A DNA stretch of 64,000 nucleotides. Source: an uncultured Collinsella sp. (GTDB taxonomy: Bacteria; Actinomycetota; Coriobacteriia; Coriobacteriales; Coriobacteriaceae). The notes beneath the pieces are model-generated. The model made no database searches. It was not told where the DNA came from and was given only the letters and a program-made list of their open reading frames with translations. The translations under genes and the position numbers were made by a program. How positions within the stretch are numbered: position 1 is the first letter of the stretch; every line of letters begins with the position of its first letter. Of this stretch, positions 30,162 through 43,117 are shown one piece after another. The stretch spans positions 5,562-69,561 of the forward strand of contig CALDBJ010000127.1 of assembly GCA_937937835.1 (NCBI GenBank). The letters are read 5' to 3'.

Positions 30162-30992
30162 CTAGAGCTCCTCTCCGGCGGCCGTGAGCTCTGCCATGGC
30201 CTGCTCAAACTGTTCATCGTTGGGGGCCTTGCCGTGCCAACCCACCTGGTTCTCCATAAAGGAAACGCCCTTGCCCTTCATGGTCTCGGCAATAATGGCG
30301 GTCGGCTGACCCTTGGTGGCGCGGGCCTCGGCAAAGGCGGCGCGGATCTGATCGAAGTCGTTGCCGTCGGCGAGCTCCACCACATGGAACTTAAAGGCGC
30401 GGAACTTGTCGGCGAGCGGCATGGGGTCGTTGACCTCCTCGACGGGACCGTCGATCTGCAGGCCGTTGTGGTCGACGATCACGCAGAGGTTGTCGAGCTG
30501 CTGGTTGCCGGCAAACATGGCGGCCTCCCAGACCTGACCCTCCTCACTCTCGCCATCGCCCAGCAGGGCGTACGTGCGGTAAGTATCGCCCCAGTGCTTG
30601 GCGGCAACAGCCATGCCCACGGCGGCGGAGATGCCCTGGCCGAGCGAACCGGTGGACATATCGACGCCCGGGGTGTCGTTCATGTTGGGGTGACCCTGCA
30701 GGTGGCTGCCGATATGGCGCAGCGTCTCGAGATCCTCCTTGGGGAAGAACCCGCGCTCGGCGAGCACGGCGTACAGACCCGGAGCACAGTGGCCCTTGGA
30801 GAGCACAAAGCGATCGCGGTCGGCCTTGCGGGGATCGGCCGGGTCGACGTTCATTTCCTCAAAGTACAGATAGGTCATGATGTCGGCAGCGCCGAGCGAA
30901 CCGCCCGGATGGCCGGACTTGGCAGCGTGCACTCCGGTGACGATGCCCTTCCTTACCTCGTTGGCAACCTTTTTGAGCTCTTCGTCGCTCAT
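30162..30992 (-). CDS. Transketolase N-terminal subunit
   Basis: SGHPGGSL, DRFVLSKGH, LQGHP, GDGE TPP motif. Confidence 0.93.
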   Translation of the reverse strand: MSDEELKKVANEVRKGIVTGVHAAKSGHPGGSLGAADIMTYLYFEEMNVDPADPRKADRDRFVLSKGHCAPGLYAVLAERGFFPKEDLETLRHIGSHLQGHPNMNDTPGVDMSTGSLGQGISAAVGMAVAAKHWGDTYRTYALLGDGESEEGQVWEAAMFAGNQQLDNLCVIVDHNGLQIDGPVEEVNDPMPLADKFRAFKFHVVELADGNDFDQIRAAFAEARATKGQPTAIIAETMKGKGVSFMENQVGWHGKAPNDEQFEQAMAELTAAGEEL

Positions 30993-31148
30993 TGTGCCTT
31001 CCTTTCATCCTCATTAGACAAAATGCGCACGGCACGGAAAGGTAGTCCCAACACAGCCGCAATGCACGTACGTCATTCATTATGCTGGAAACTGATGGCT
31101 TTACCAGAGTTTTTATCATTATTTGAACAATTTAGCAGGCAGAACCGC

Positions 31149-31166
31149 TGATGAAACGGTTTATCA
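31149..31166. promoter_or_regulatory. Candidate LacI-family operator upstream of transketolase
   Basis: Imperfect palindrome TGATGAAACGGTTTATCA with a central CG. Confidence 0.4.
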
Positions 31167-31200
31167 ATGTGAACGTCTTTTGGATGGAACGCGGTCGACC

Positions 31201-32091
31201 CTACGCGCTAATGTCCTTGAATCCCTCGCCGAAGGCTTCCGTAACGTCAGCGACCGTTACGATGGCATGAGGATCGCGCTCGCGCACGATCGTCTTGAGG
31301 GTATTGAGCTCTCGACGGCTCACGATGACCATAACCACTGGCTTCTCGGCACCCGAATACATGCCAGTCGCCTTAAACTTGGTACAACCACGACCCAGGC
31401 CATACATGATATCGGCAGCGATATCAGGGAACTTGTCCGAGATGATGAGTACCATACGGCGTTTGTTGCCACCATCGACCACGGCATCGATCACGTAGCC
31501 GCTAATGACCATCGAAAGGCCTGCATACAGTGCGTTTTCGATTGAAAAGACCGGAGCCGATAGCGCGCATACGGCAACATCGATCGCCATGACGGTCGAG
31601 CCCACCGGCAGCGAGGTGTTACGCGAGATGATTTGGCCAATCGTGTCCGAGCCGCCGGTGTTGGCGCCGGCGCGCAACACCATGCCGTAACCGATGCCCG
31701 TAATAATGCCGCCCCACATGGCAGGGAGCATCAGGTCCGCATCCGCCAGAGGTGCTACAAACGGGGCGAACAGATCGGTAAAGAAGCCCAGCAGCACAAA
31801 GCCCGTCGCGGTCTGCACCACGTAGAACATGCCGCCCTCGCGCATAACGACCAACAACAGCAAGGCGTTCATCACGATCGTCTGAATACCAACGGGAAGC
31901 GATAGGCCGCGCGCCGCGCCGACCGCCTGGATAATGGTGGCAAGGCCCGTAACGCCACCGGCGGCAAGACCGTTGGGAATCAAAAACAAGTCGGTCGCGA
32001 TGGCGGCCAAGGCACACCCCAACATGATCTGGGGCAGGTCGTGAAAGAAGTTCATCGAAAGAATGCGCTTGATGTCCAGACGATATGCCAT
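31201..32091 (-). CDS. YitT family membrane protein
   Basis: GGVTGLA, NTGGSD, GRGCT, DPHAIVTV..V.GEGF; GGAGG RBS. Confidence 0.9.
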   Translation of the reverse strand: MAYRLDIKRILSMNFFHDLPQIMLGCALAAIATDLFLIPNGLAAGGVTGLATIIQAVGAARGLSLPVGIQTIVMNALLLLVVMREGGMFYVVQTATGFVLLGFFTDLFAPFVAPLADADLMLPAMWGGIITGIGYGMVLRAGANTGGSDTIGQIISRNTSLPVGSTVMAIDVAVCALSAPVFSIENALYAGLSMVISGYVIDAVVDGGNKRRMVLIISDKFPDIAADIMYGLGRGCTKFKATGMYSGAEKPVVMVIVSRRELNTLKTIVRERDPHAIVTVADVTEAFGEGFKDISA

Positions 32092-32256
32092 GCTGCCTCC
32101 CTCAAAAAAGCGCACCCCATCGGATGCGCTTTGAACTTCTTCTTGTATTCGATTCTACCGATTCGCCGGACAAAAACCACCCCTGCGCAGGGTTTATTCT
32201 GGATACAAACCCGTCCAACCGTTGGGCTTGGCATCGGCTTGAAGCCGCCCGATGTT

Positions 32257-33404
32257 TTAGACCTCCGAGCCTTCTGCATCGGCGTTGCCGGTAGCCCAGC
32301 GATGGTAGCCAATAACAAACGGGTCCAGGTCGCCATCGTCAAGAACTGCCTCGACGTTGCTGGTCTCAACGCCCGTGCGTAGGTCCTTAACCATCTGATA
32401 CGGGTAGAGCACGTAGCTGCGAATCTGGTTGCCAAAACCAATCGTGGTCTTGGGCCCGCGGATCTCATCGAGCGCCTCGGCGCGCTTCTCGAGCTCAATC
32501 TCGTACAGGCGAGCCTTGAGGATCTGCATGCACGCGGCCTTGTTTTGAATCTGGCTGCGCTCGTTTTGGCAGGTGACCACAATGCCGCTGGGGAAATGCG
32601 TCACGCGCACGGCGGAGTCGGTGGTGTTAACGCCCTGACCGCCCGGGCCACTCGCGTGGTACACGTCCACGCGGATGTCATCGGGACTGATTTCGATGTC
32701 GATATCATCGGGTAGCACGGGGATGACCTCGACGCCGGCAAACGTGGTCTGGCGGCGCTTCTTGTCGTCGGTGGGGCTAATGCGAACCAAGCGGTGGACG
32801 CCGGCCTCGGCGCGCAGCATGCCAAATGCGTCCTTGCCCTCGACGGTAAAGGTCGCGCGGTCGATGCCGATAACCTCGGCCGCGGGACAGTCGTTGATGG
32901 TGACCTTCCAGCCGCGACGCTGGCAGTACTTCATGTACATCTTAAAGAGCATGAAGGTCCAGTCCTGGGCCTCCAGACCACCCTGTCCGGGCTTGATGGT
33001 CACAATGGCATCGCCGTGATCGAACTCACCGGTAAACCAGCTCGAAAGCTCAAGCTCATCGATGGCACGGGCCAGGCGCTCAGCCGTGGCTGTAGCCTCC
33101 TCGCGAAGGGCGACGGCGTCGGGGTCATCCCCCATCTCCTCGGCAAGCTCCAGCGCGGCGCGGGCATCGGAAAGCTCGCCGCGCGCGGTGTCCACGGCAG
33201 CGATATCTTCCTTGGTACGCGCGATCTCCTCCATGGTGGCACGGGCGGCGTCGGCGTCATCCCAAAAGCCAGGGGCAACACTTTTGGCCTCGAGCTCGGT
33301 CACGCGCGTGCGCTTTTCGTCCAAATGGAGATACGACTCGACCTCGCCGAGCCGGTCCGCGAACGCGTCCAGCTCGGCGGGCGTTACCTCTAAAGCCTCA
33401 GCCA

Positions 33405-33405
<1 letters not shown>
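32257..33405 (-). CDS. prfB: Peptide chain release factor 2
   Basis: GVHRLVRISPT, GPGGQGVNTTDSAVR, QIRSYV; continuous ORF. Confidence 0.96.
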
Positions 33406-36212
<2,807 letters not shown>

Positions 36213-36342
36213 GTGGTTTTCCTTTTTGGCCATCGCCCACGCCGTGCAGCTGCGGACGAGTTAAACACAGATGATTGTACTTTAGCCAAACAAGGCGCGG
36301 CCTATACGGTCGAGCTCGACCGCCACGTAATAACTACGACCA

Positions 36343-36437
36343 ACCTGCCACAATGGGACAGGTTAATTTTGGCAGGTCTATCTGGGCAAACGCCGCCTCT
36401 CTGCCATGTGGTGCCATGGGGACAGGTTAGTTCGCAC
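36343..36437. repeat. Family D hairpins, 2 units
   Basis: ACCTGCCA-CAATGGGACAGGTTAATTT-TGGCAGGT and GTGC-CATGGGGACAGGTTAGTTC-GCAC. Confidence 0.7.
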
Positions 36438-36521
36438 TAATTTAAAAAGAAAAAGGGCCGCGCACCCAAATGGATGCACGGCCCTCATGCCATGAATGCG
36501 AGTGATTCCGCGGCGAGCTAT

Positions 36522-36947
36522 TTACTCAGCAGCCTCGGTGGTCTCGGCCTCGGCAGCGGCCTCCTCGACGGGAGCCTCTGCGGGAGCCTCGGCGGCCTGC
36601 TTGGCAGCCTCCTCGGCAAACTTAGCAGCACGCTTAGCCTTCTCGGCAGCCTTAGCCTCAGCGGCAGCCTTGCGAGCGGCCTCGGCCTCAGCAGCCTTGG
36701 CGGCCTTGGCAGCCTTGGCCTCCTCGGCCTTCTTGAGCTGGGCGGCAGCGGCGCCACCGAACTTGTCGGCGAAGCGCTGGACGCGTCCACCGGTGTCGAC
36801 GAACTTCTGCTGGCCGGTGTAGAACGGGTGGCACTCGTTGCAAAGCTCGACCTTCATCTCGGACACGGTAGCGTGCGTCTTGAAGGTGTTGCCGCAGGAG
36901 CACGTCACCGTGCACTCGACATACTGGGGATGGATACCCTGCTTCAT
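36522..36947 (-). CDS. rpmE: 50S ribosomal protein L31 (Zn-binding type) with Ala/Glu/Lys-rich tail
   Basis: [21 protein letters not shown]. Confidence 0.96.
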   Translation of the reverse strand: MKQGIHPQYVECTVTCSCGNTFKTHATVSEMKVELCNECHPFYTGQQKFVDTGGRVQRFADKFGGAAAAQLKKAEEAKAAKAAKAAEAEAARKAAAEAKAAEKAKRAAKFAEEAAKQAAEAPAEAPVEEAAAEAETTEAAE

Positions 36948-37252
36948 GGTAGGACTCCTTATTAGTCAGGCGCTGGTTACCGATCAGCGCATAAGGCGTC
37001 TTGGTTTCCGACCAAGACAACAAACTTGGCTATGGTACCACGGCGCCGCGCGTCCCACAAAAGGTTCACGGTCTTTGTGCAACGCGGCGTGGCCAACCGC
37101 AGCGGACACGCACCCTGTCGCCCCTTCGCCCATGTTGCAGACGTGTAACGCCGCAGTAAGCACACCCCTTTTGGCGCCAGACAGGTACAATGATGAACAC
37201 TGTACCGTAGCGGAGCGCCCGCGCGCGCCGCAACCACGCGAAAGGGTTTCCC

Positions 37253-37540
37253 ATGGCCGAGATCTCGTCCTCCCGTATCGTCATCACCGTCCTTGGCAAG
37301 AACCGCCCCGGCATCGTCGCCGGCGTCACCCGCGTTCTGGGCGAGGCCAACGTCGACATCCGCGACATCACGCAGTCCATTATCGAGGACATCTTCACCA
37401 TGACCATGCTGGCCGACACCGCCGAGTCCAAGCTCGACTTCGCCGAGCTGCAGAAGGCCCTGGCCGAGGCCGGCGAGCTTTCGGGCGTCAACGTGTCCAT
37501 CCAGCGCGAGGACGTCTTTAACTTTATGTACCGCCTGTAG
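37253..37540 (+). CDS. ACT-domain protein (UPF0237-like)
   Basis: ITVLGKNRPGIVA, NVDIRDITQ, QREDVFNFMYRL. Confidence 0.88.
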   Translation: MAEISSSRIVITVLGKNRPGIVAGVTRVLGEANVDIRDITQSIIEDIFTMTMLADTAESKLDFAELQKALAEAGELSGVNVSIQREDVFNFMYRL

Positions 37541-37617
37541 CGAACAAGCCGCTCGGGGCAGCTTGACGTCATATCGTCCAAGCGCGCGGCCCCAAAGCGG
37601 ACCGGAGAGGAGCGCGC

Positions 37618-39036
37618 ATGGCCTACGACGCCAAGAAAATCTACTACCGCTTCGACGATCACCTGAGCCGCCTGGTTCTGGATTACGAGGCGAGCCGTCA
37701 GATTTCGCCCGAAAGCGAAAACCTCTACCACGGCCTGCCGACCGGCCCGTACGACGAGGGCCTGTTCGTAGAGCATAACGTCAAGCGCGGCCTGCGCAAT
37801 GCCGATGGCTCGGGCGTGGTCGCGGGCCTTACCCGCATCTCGGACGTGCACGGCTACAACAAGGTCGACGGCAAAGTCGTGCCCGACCAGGGCAAGCTTA
37901 CGCTGCGCGGCTACAGCATCGAGGACCTGGTCAACAACGCCCAGGCCGAGAATCGCTATGGCTACGAAGAGGTCGCCTACCTGCTCATCACGGGCTCGCT
38001 GCCCAACAAAGAGGAGCTCGACGGTTTTTGCGGACGTCTGGGCGCTTTTAGGCACCTGAGCGATGAGTACGTCAAAGAGTTCCCCATGACCACGGTGTCG
38101 TCGAGCATCATGAATGTGCTTCAGCGTGCCGTGCTGCTGCTCTACGCCTTCGACGCCGAGCCCGACGCCATTACACCCGAGCACGAAATCGACGTCGCCA
38201 TCTCCATGCTCGCCCGTCTCCCCCGCATCGCCGCCTTCGCGCATATGGCCTCGGTCGCCAAGCGCCGCGGCTCCGAGGTTCATGTACCGCACCCCACACC
38301 CGGCCTCTCCACCGCCGAGACTATCCTGCAGGTGTTGCGCGGCGGCATGGCATTCACCCGCGACGAAGCCATGCTGCTCGACGTGATGCTCATGCTGCAT
38401 GCCGAGCACGGCGGCGGCAACAACTCCACGTTTGCCTGCCGCGTGCTGTCCTCCTCGGCCACCGACCCGTATTCCGCCTACGCCGCGGCTATCGGCTCGC
38501 TCAAGGGCCCGCGCCACGGCGGCGCCAACGCCAAGGTCGTGTCCATGCACGAGGACATCCGTGCGCACGTCTCCAATTGGGAGGACGAGGACGAGGTCGC
38601 GGCCTACCTGGGCAAGATCCTCGACAAGCAGGCTTTCGACGGCACGGGCCTCATCTACGGTATGGGCCACGCCGTCTATACGCTCAGCGACCCGCGCGCC
38701 GAGGTGTGCCGCCGTTACGCGCGCACGCTTGCCGCCAAGAAGGACTTGGGCGAGGAGTTCGCACTCATCGAGCGCATCGAGCGCCTGGCCCCGCAAGTGA
38801 TGCGCGATCACGGCATGACCAAGCCCATCTGTGCCAACATCGACCTGTACACGGGCTTTATCTACAAGATGCTCGGCGTGCCCGAGACGCTCTTTACGCC
38901 GCTGTTCGCCGTCGCCCGCATGGCCGGCTGGTCCGCGCACCGCATGGAAGAGCTCTTCTGCGCGCACCGCATCATCCGTCCCGCGTATCGCCCGGTTATC
39001 GAGCCGCTGGAGTACAAGCCGCTCGCCGATCGTTAG
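37618..39036 (+). CDS. Citrate synthase family protein
   Basis: LHAEHGGGNNST, GPRHGGAN, YGMGHAVY..DPR, ANIDLY. Confidence 0.92.
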   Translation: MAYDAKKIYYRFDDHLSRLVLDYEASRQISPESENLYHGLPTGPYDEGLFVEHNVKRGLRNADGSGVVAGLTRISDVHGYNKVDGKVVPDQGKLTLRGYSIEDLVNNAQAENRYGYEEVAYLLITGSLPNKEELDGFCGRLGAFRHLSDEYVKEFPMTTVSSSIMNVLQRAVLLLYAFDAEPDAITPEHEIDVAISMLARLPRIAAFAHMASVAKRRGSEVHVPHPTPGLSTAETILQVLRGGMAFTRDEAMLLDVMLMLHAEHGGGNNSTFACRVLSSSATDPYSAYAAAIGSLKGPRHGGANAKVVSMHEDIRAHVSNWEDEDEVAAYLGKILDKQAFDGTGLIYGMGHAVYTLSDPRAEVCRRYARTLAAKKDLGEEFALIERIERLAPQVMRDHGMTKPICANIDLYTGFIYKMLGVPETLFTPLFAVARMAGWSAHRMEELFCAHRIIRPAYRPVIEPLEYKPLADR

Positions 39037-39123
39037 GACGCAGACCGTTATAGAACCCGAGCGTGGCCAGGGCATCACCGCCCTCGGCCACGCTTTTTAT
39101 GCCAGTAGAAAGGATTGCAGCGA

Positions 39124-39966
39124 ATGATTGTGTTTTCCGATATGGATGGAACGCTGCTGACGAGTGATAAGCAGATGAGCGACGCCACCTGGGCAATGCT
39201 CGACGAACTCGCTCGACGTGGGATTGAGTTTGTGCCCTGCACGGGGCGTCCTCTGTCGGGCATCTTTGAGCCCATCCTCGCCCACCCCGCCGTACACTAC
39301 GCGGTCTGCGCCAACGGTGCCAGCGTCTGGCAGCTCGACGACGTTGTGCCCACCGATGCCTCGCGTGCCACGCGCATTTTGAGCCGACCGCTCGACCGCG
39401 CCATCGCCCACCGCGTCCATAGCATTGCAGCCGGCCTCGATGTGACCTTCGATATCTTCGCGGACGGGCAGTGCTTCCTCCCCCGCTCGCTCTACGCGCG
39501 CCTGGACGAATTCTGCGGCGGCGACCCCCACATCGCGGCTTCGCTTAAGCGCACACGAACACCGATCGACATGGATATCGACAGCAAGATCGACGAGGTC
39601 GAGACACTCGAACGCATCGCCATGTACTGGCACAACCCGGCCGATCGCGACGCCATCGCGGCGGCGCTCGACACGCTCGAAGGCATTGAGGTCACGCGTT
39701 CTTACACCATGAATATCGAGGTCATGGGTAAGGGCGCCACCAAGGGAACGGCCCTCACGTGGCTATGTGAGCATCTGGGCGAGCGTTTCGCCGGCGCCTG
39801 GGCGTTCGGCGACAACATCAACGACATTCCCATGCTGCAGGCAGCGGGCCACGGCATGGCCATGATCAACGCCGAGCCCGAGGACCGCGACGCCGCCGAC
39901 GCCATCACCGAGTTCGACAACGACCACGACGGCGTCGCCCGCACCATCATGGCCGCCCTCGCCTAG
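39124..39966 (+). CDS. Cof-type HAD hydrolase
   Basis: DMDGTLL, CTGR, KG, FGDNINDIPM. Confidence 0.92.
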   Translation: MIVFSDMDGTLLTSDKQMSDATWAMLDELARRGIEFVPCTGRPLSGIFEPILAHPAVHYAVCANGASVWQLDDVVPTDASRATRILSRPLDRAIAHRVHSIAAGLDVTFDIFADGQCFLPRSLYARLDEFCGGDPHIAASLKRTRTPIDMDIDSKIDEVETLERIAMYWHNPADRDAIAAALDTLEGIEVTRSYTMNIEVMGKGATKGTALTWLCEHLGERFAGAWAFGDNINDIPMLQAAGHGMAMINAEPEDRDAADAITEFDNDHDGVARTIMAALA

Positions 39967-40065
39967 TCATTGGGGCGTTCTTGAATGACTAGTCGTTGGG
40001 GACAGTCTTCGCGAAAAAGCTGCAAGGACTGTCCCCCACTGCCGACAGAAAAGGAACGTCCCCAT
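39963..40065. repeat. Family C GGGGAC repeat cluster
   Basis: CTAGTCATTGGGGCGTTCTTGAATGACTAGTCGTTGGGGACAGTCTT...GACTGTCCCC...GAACGTCCCC. Confidence 0.8.
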
Positions 40066-40073
40066 CTGCCGGA

Positions 40074-40868
40074 TTAGGAGAGACTCTCCAGCACGCGACG
40101 GAGCTCCTGCTGGACGGCGTGGTCGCGATTACAACCCACCACGCGATCGGCCACCGCCTTGAGCGCGGGGCGCGCGTTTTCCATCGCGCAGCCCGTACCG
40201 ACAAAGCGAATGATCTCGTAGTCGTTCATCGAGTCGCCAAACGCCATGACCTCGTCGCGTCCAATGCCGTAATGCTCCGCGAGCTGCGCGATACCCGAGG
40301 CCTTCGACACACCAGGCTGCATGGCATCGATCCACGCGTTGCCCGAAGGCGCAAAAGTAAAGAGCTGACCAAGTTCGCGCTGTAGCACGTACGCACTGTC
40401 CATAACCGCACTGTCGTCGCAAAAGATACTCGCTTTGATGATATTTACGCTGGGGTCGGGCAGCTCCCAAATGCGCTCGGCATTGGGAAGGTCCTTATCG
40501 ACCTCACGCACGAACTTGCACTCGTCATCGAGCAGGAAGGACTTGGTTCGGTCAAAGAGCGCAAGATGCAGATTGGGAAACGTCCTGACGGCTTGGGCGA
40601 GCCTTCGAATCGCCAGGTGCGAATACACCTCGCGATCTACCATCTTACCGTCGGCGTAGACCTGGGCGCCGTTAGCGGCGACAAAGTCCATCTTGTCGCG
40701 AACGGGCGCAAAGAACTCGCACAGGCGATCGTAGCGACGACCTGACGATGCGGCGAAATGCACGCCATGCTCGTGTAGCGCCAGAATCAGTTCGTAGGTC
40801 TCGGGAGGCACCTGGCCGTTTTCGTCAAGCAGTGTGCCGTCCATATCGGATGCAATCAGTTTAAACAT
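40074..40868 (-). CDS. Cof-type HAD hydrolase
   Basis: DMDGTLL, SSGR, SK, FGDSMND. Confidence 0.92.
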   Translation of the reverse strand: MFKLIASDMDGTLLDENGQVPPETYELILALHEHGVHFAASSGRRYDRLCEFFAPVRDKMDFVAANGAQVYADGKMVDREVYSHLAIRRLAQAVRTFPNLHLALFDRTKSFLLDDECKFVREVDKDLPNAERIWELPDPSVNIIKASIFCDDSAVMDSAYVLQRELGQLFTFAPSGNAWIDAMQPGVSKASGIAQLAEHYGIGRDEVMAFGDSMNDYEIIRFVGTGCAMENARPALKAVADRVVGCNRDHAVQQELRRVLESLS

Positions 40869-41028
40869 AGAAAAGCTCCCTTCGGGCTTGTTGGAATCGA
40901 ACGTGTATCCGATTCCAACGTACCCAAAGGGAGCTCAAATAAGACTCCGCGGGCGTAAACGTTACAAGGACCTGGCAAATAGCTCACACATGCCAGAGGT
41001 CCTACGGTCGCGGCGTCAGGCAGCCCGC

Positions 41029-41078
41029 CAAAGAGTGTCCCCAACGACTAGTCGTTTAAGAACGTCCCCGATGACTAG
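41029..41078. repeat. Family C GGGGAC repeat
   Basis: Minus strand: CTAGTCATCGGGGACGTTCTTAAACGACTAGTCGTTGGGGACACTCTTT. Confidence 0.8.
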
Positions 41079-42895
41079 TCGGCGTAGGTGAAGGTTGTGA
41101 CGTCGAACATGCCCTCGGGGCGGATGCGGAGCGTCGGGATGACCGGCAGGGGCAGGAAGATGATGCCCATGATGGGGTCGAGCGGCGGCTCAATACCCAT
41201 GGCGCGCGCCTTGACCATAAAGTCGTCGTGCTGCGCCGCAACGTCTTCGGCCGTGCCCTCGCTCATCAGGCCGCCGAGCGCCAGCGGAATGCGCGCCACG
41301 ACCTCGCCGTTGCGCACCAGCACGTGGCCGCCCTGGCCCACGGCCTCAACGGCAGCCATCATATCCGCCGCATTGTCGCCCACGACGCACACGTTGTGCG
41401 AGTCGTGGCCGATCGTGGAGGCAATGGCGCCGCCCGTGATGGTAAAGCCGCGCACCCAACCACGGCCGATATGCTTGCCGACCAAGCCCAGACCCGCGGG
41501 GCCGTCGCCGTCGGCGCCCTCGGCCTGCAGCGACACGCCACGGCCATGGCGCTCAATCAGCATAATGCGGCGCAAGTCCTCGTCAGTCTCAGGACGAACC
41601 ATACCCGTGATGGCCTTACCCGGCACCACGTCAATCACAGCCTCGCCCGGCTTAAAGGCATAGTCGAACACGTCGAGCGATAGCTTCGGCAGTTTAACGG
41701 AAGCACGCAGCTCATCGGCAAGGGCCGCAACCTCGGCCATCTCGGGTGCAATCTCGCCCACAAAGGTGCCGTCCTGCGCCACCAGGGCACCGGCGGCATA
41801 TACGCGATGCGGAGCCTTAGCAAACGTCAGGTCATCGAGCAACAGCAGGTCAGCGCGCTTGCCCGGGGCGATTGCGCCGCGGAGCTCGTGCGGGTCGCGA
41901 CAACCGTGGTCCAGACCAAACGCCTCGGCCGTAGAAAGGGACGCCATAGAGATGGCAACCACGGGGTCAATACCGGCCTCGATAGCCACGCGGCAGGCGT
42001 TGTCGATCATACCGGTCGAAAGCGCATCGGAGGGAGCACGGTCGTCAGTCGCAAAACAGCAGCGGCGGGCGCGCGCGGGATTCTCCAGCAGCATCGGGGA
42101 CAAATTGGCCAGGTCGTGGCTGCACGTGCCCTCACGCAGCATCACATACATGCCGCGGGATAGCTTGTCGAGCGCCTCCTCGGGAATCGTCGACTCGTGG
42201 TCGGCGATAATGCCCGCTGCGGCATAGGCGTTGAGGTCCTTACCGGCAACGAGCGGCGCATGGCCGTCGACCTGCTTGGACGGCGTCTGGTTGGCAGCAT
42301 CGATGCGAGCACAGGTCTCGGGGTCGGCCATAAAGACGCCCGGCAGGTTCATCATTTCGCCCAGGCCAAAGACATCGCCCGGATGCTCGGCAAAAAACGC
42401 CTGCATATCGGCAGCCGAAATAACGGCACCGGCCTGCTCGTCGGGCAGTGCGGGCACGCACGAAGGCATCATGTACTTGATGGAGATGGGTGCGCGGCGG
42501 CCGTCCTCGATCATAAAGCGCAAGCCGTCGAGACCGGCAACATTGGCAATCTCGTGGCTGTCGGCAATGGCGGTGGTAGTACCGCGCGTCGCGGCCATGC
42601 GAGCATACTCGGCGGGACGGATGTTCGAAGACTCGATATGCAAATGCCCGTCAATAAAACCGGGAGCGAGATAGCGACCCTGGCAGTCGATGACCTCAGT
42701 TGCCTCGTAGGTGCCAGCGGCATCGTCGCGACCATCGTAGAGCACGCCGACGATCACACCGTCCTTGACGGCAACGCTACCGGGCGCCACACGCTGGCCA
42801 TACACGTCGACGATCTGCGCATTGGTAAACAGCGTGTCGACGGGCACGCGGCCCTCGGCAGCGTCGATCACAGTCCTCATGACCTCAACGGACAT
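41075..42895 (-). CDS. ade: Adenine deaminase
   Basis: PGFIDGHLHIESS, HEIANV, GEMMN, DGHAP, DHE, IGHDSHN; AAGGAG RBS before 42895. Confidence 0.93.
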   Translation of the reverse strand: MSVEVMRTVIDAAEGRVPVDTLFTNAQIVDVYGQRVAPGSVAVKDGVIVGVLYDGRDDAAGTYEATEVIDCQGRYLAPGFIDGHLHIESSNIRPAEYARMAATRGTTTAIADSHEIANVAGLDGLRFMIEDGRRAPISIKYMMPSCVPALPDEQAGAVISAADMQAFFAEHPGDVFGLGEMMNLPGVFMADPETCARIDAANQTPSKQVDGHAPLVAGKDLNAYAAAGIIADHESTIPEEALDKLSRGMYVMLREGTCSHDLANLSPMLLENPARARRCCFATDDRAPSDALSTGMIDNACRVAIEAGIDPVVAISMASLSTAEAFGLDHGCRDPHELRGAIAPGKRADLLLLDDLTFAKAPHRVYAAGALVAQDGTFVGEIAPEMAEVAALADELRASVKLPKLSLDVFDYAFKPGEAVIDVVPGKAITGMVRPETDEDLRRIMLIERHGRGVSLQAEGADGDGPAGLGLVGKHIGRGWVRGFTITGGAIASTIGHDSHNVCVVGDNAADMMAAVEAVGQGGHVLVRNGEVVARIPLALGGLMSEGTAEDVAAQHDDFMVKARAMGIEPPLDPIMGIIFLPLPVIPTLRIRPEGMFDVTTFTYAD

Positions 42896-43054
42896 ACATA
42901 CTCCTTTAACCGTAGAAAAAAGCTGCGGAGCGGACGAGCCTTCACCGCAGCAAGCCAACAGCCATTGTATGCCCAAACGATGGGTCAACAATACGCCTCT
43001 CCGCTTAACGGCACCGCCAAATGATCCCTCCGTCCCCATGGGATCGTCGTAACC

Positions 43055-43090
43055 AAAAAGGCCGCAGTCGGGATTCCCGGCTGCGGCCTT
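43055..43090 (-). terminator. Intrinsic terminator after tyrS
   Basis: AAGGCCGCAG...CTGCGGCCTT with a T-tract on the minus strand. Confidence 0.8.
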
Positions 43091-43117
43091 ATTGCACTTG
43101 TGAGGTCAACTCGCTCG

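Noticed and set aside
42900..43050. Purine riboswitch upstream of ade
   Set aside because: The conserved aptamer joining sequences and three-stem layout were not found.
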